From an uncultured Myxococcales bacterium (GTDB taxonomy: Bacteria; Myxococcota; UBA4151): a stretch of DNA of 24,165 bases. The notes beneath the pieces were generated by a model. It saw nothing but the letters and a program-made list of their open reading frames with translations, made no database searches and was not told where the DNA came from. The translations under genes were made by a program, and so were the position numbers. Shown in pieces: positions 23,732 to 24,165 of the stretch. Where the stretch lies: the NCBI GenBank assembly GCA_964013405.1, contig CAXGWI010000041.1:1-24165 (forward strand), read 5' to 3'. The first letter of the stretch is position 1, and each line of letters starts with the position of its first letter.

Positions 23732-24165
23732 TCATAACAACAGGAGCATGGCACCAGCGATCACGACCGCTCCGATCAGATTCAGCACGAGCCCTGCTTT
23801 CGCCATGGCCCGAATAGGGACCTGATCGGTGCCAAAAATGATCGCGTTCGGTGCGGTCGCAACAGGCAACATGAAGGCACAGCTTGCCGAGAGCGTGGCC
23901 GGAATCATGAACAGCCGATGGTCGACAGAAGCGGCAACCGCTGCCGCAGCGAGAATAGGTAGGAGGACCGTGGTCGTTGCCGTGTTGCTCGTCACCTCGG
24001 TGGCAAAGGTCACAGCCAAACAGAGGGCCAGCAACATGGCAAACATGGGCCAGGCCGAGAGGCCTGAGAGCCCGTGACCGAGGGCTTCAGAGAGCCCGCT
24101 CGCTTTGAAGCCGCGAGCAAGTGCGATGCCGCCGCCGAACAGGATCAACAGACCCCAGGGGATCC
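23732..24165 (-). CDS. SLC13/DASS family sodium:dicarboxylate/sulfate symporter, C-terminal part (5' end outside the window)
   Basis: IPWGLLILFGGGIALA, TEVTSNTATT, SASCAFMLPVATAPNAIIF motifs. Confidence 0.93.
   Translation of the reverse strand, partial: IPWGLLILFGGGIALARGFKASGLSEALGHGLSGLSAWPMFAMLLALCLAVTFATEVTSNTATTTVLLPILAAAAVAASVDHRLFMIPATLSASCAFMLPVATAPNAIIFGTDQVPIRAMAKAGLVLNLIGAVVIAGAMLLLL

Overview
GC-rich chromosomal window that looks Myxococcota-like (inferred from myxobacterial-type Cys-rich repeat proteins, PE_PGRS-like Gly-rich lipoproteins and 'PDAG' linkers). In order: (i) a secreted Gly-rich protein cut by the left edge; (ii) a + strand unit tRNA-Arg(CCT), two lipoproteins, tmk, mutS; (iii) a - strand unit of a DAGK-family lipid kinase and an asymmetric heterodimeric ABC exporter, followed by an 18-repeat Cys-rich lipoprotein; (iv) a Cys-rich small protein coupled to an LRR protein; (v) a tightly coupled - strand operon dprA, trmFO, Gly-rich lipoprotein, an in-frame RNase HII-YraN fusion, rsmI; (vi) a stand-alone fused E1 alpha/beta 2-oxoacid dehydrogenase; (vii) a - strand run of an SLC13 transporter (partial), a lipoprotein and a second 9-repeat Cys-rich lipoprotein. 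I saw no integrase, transposase, reverse transcriptase or CRISPR array. The best candidates for something new are the RNase HII-YraN fusion co-operonic with DprA and the pair of 'same stalk, different tip' Cys-repeat lipoproteins. All calls are by eye from motifs; no searches were run.
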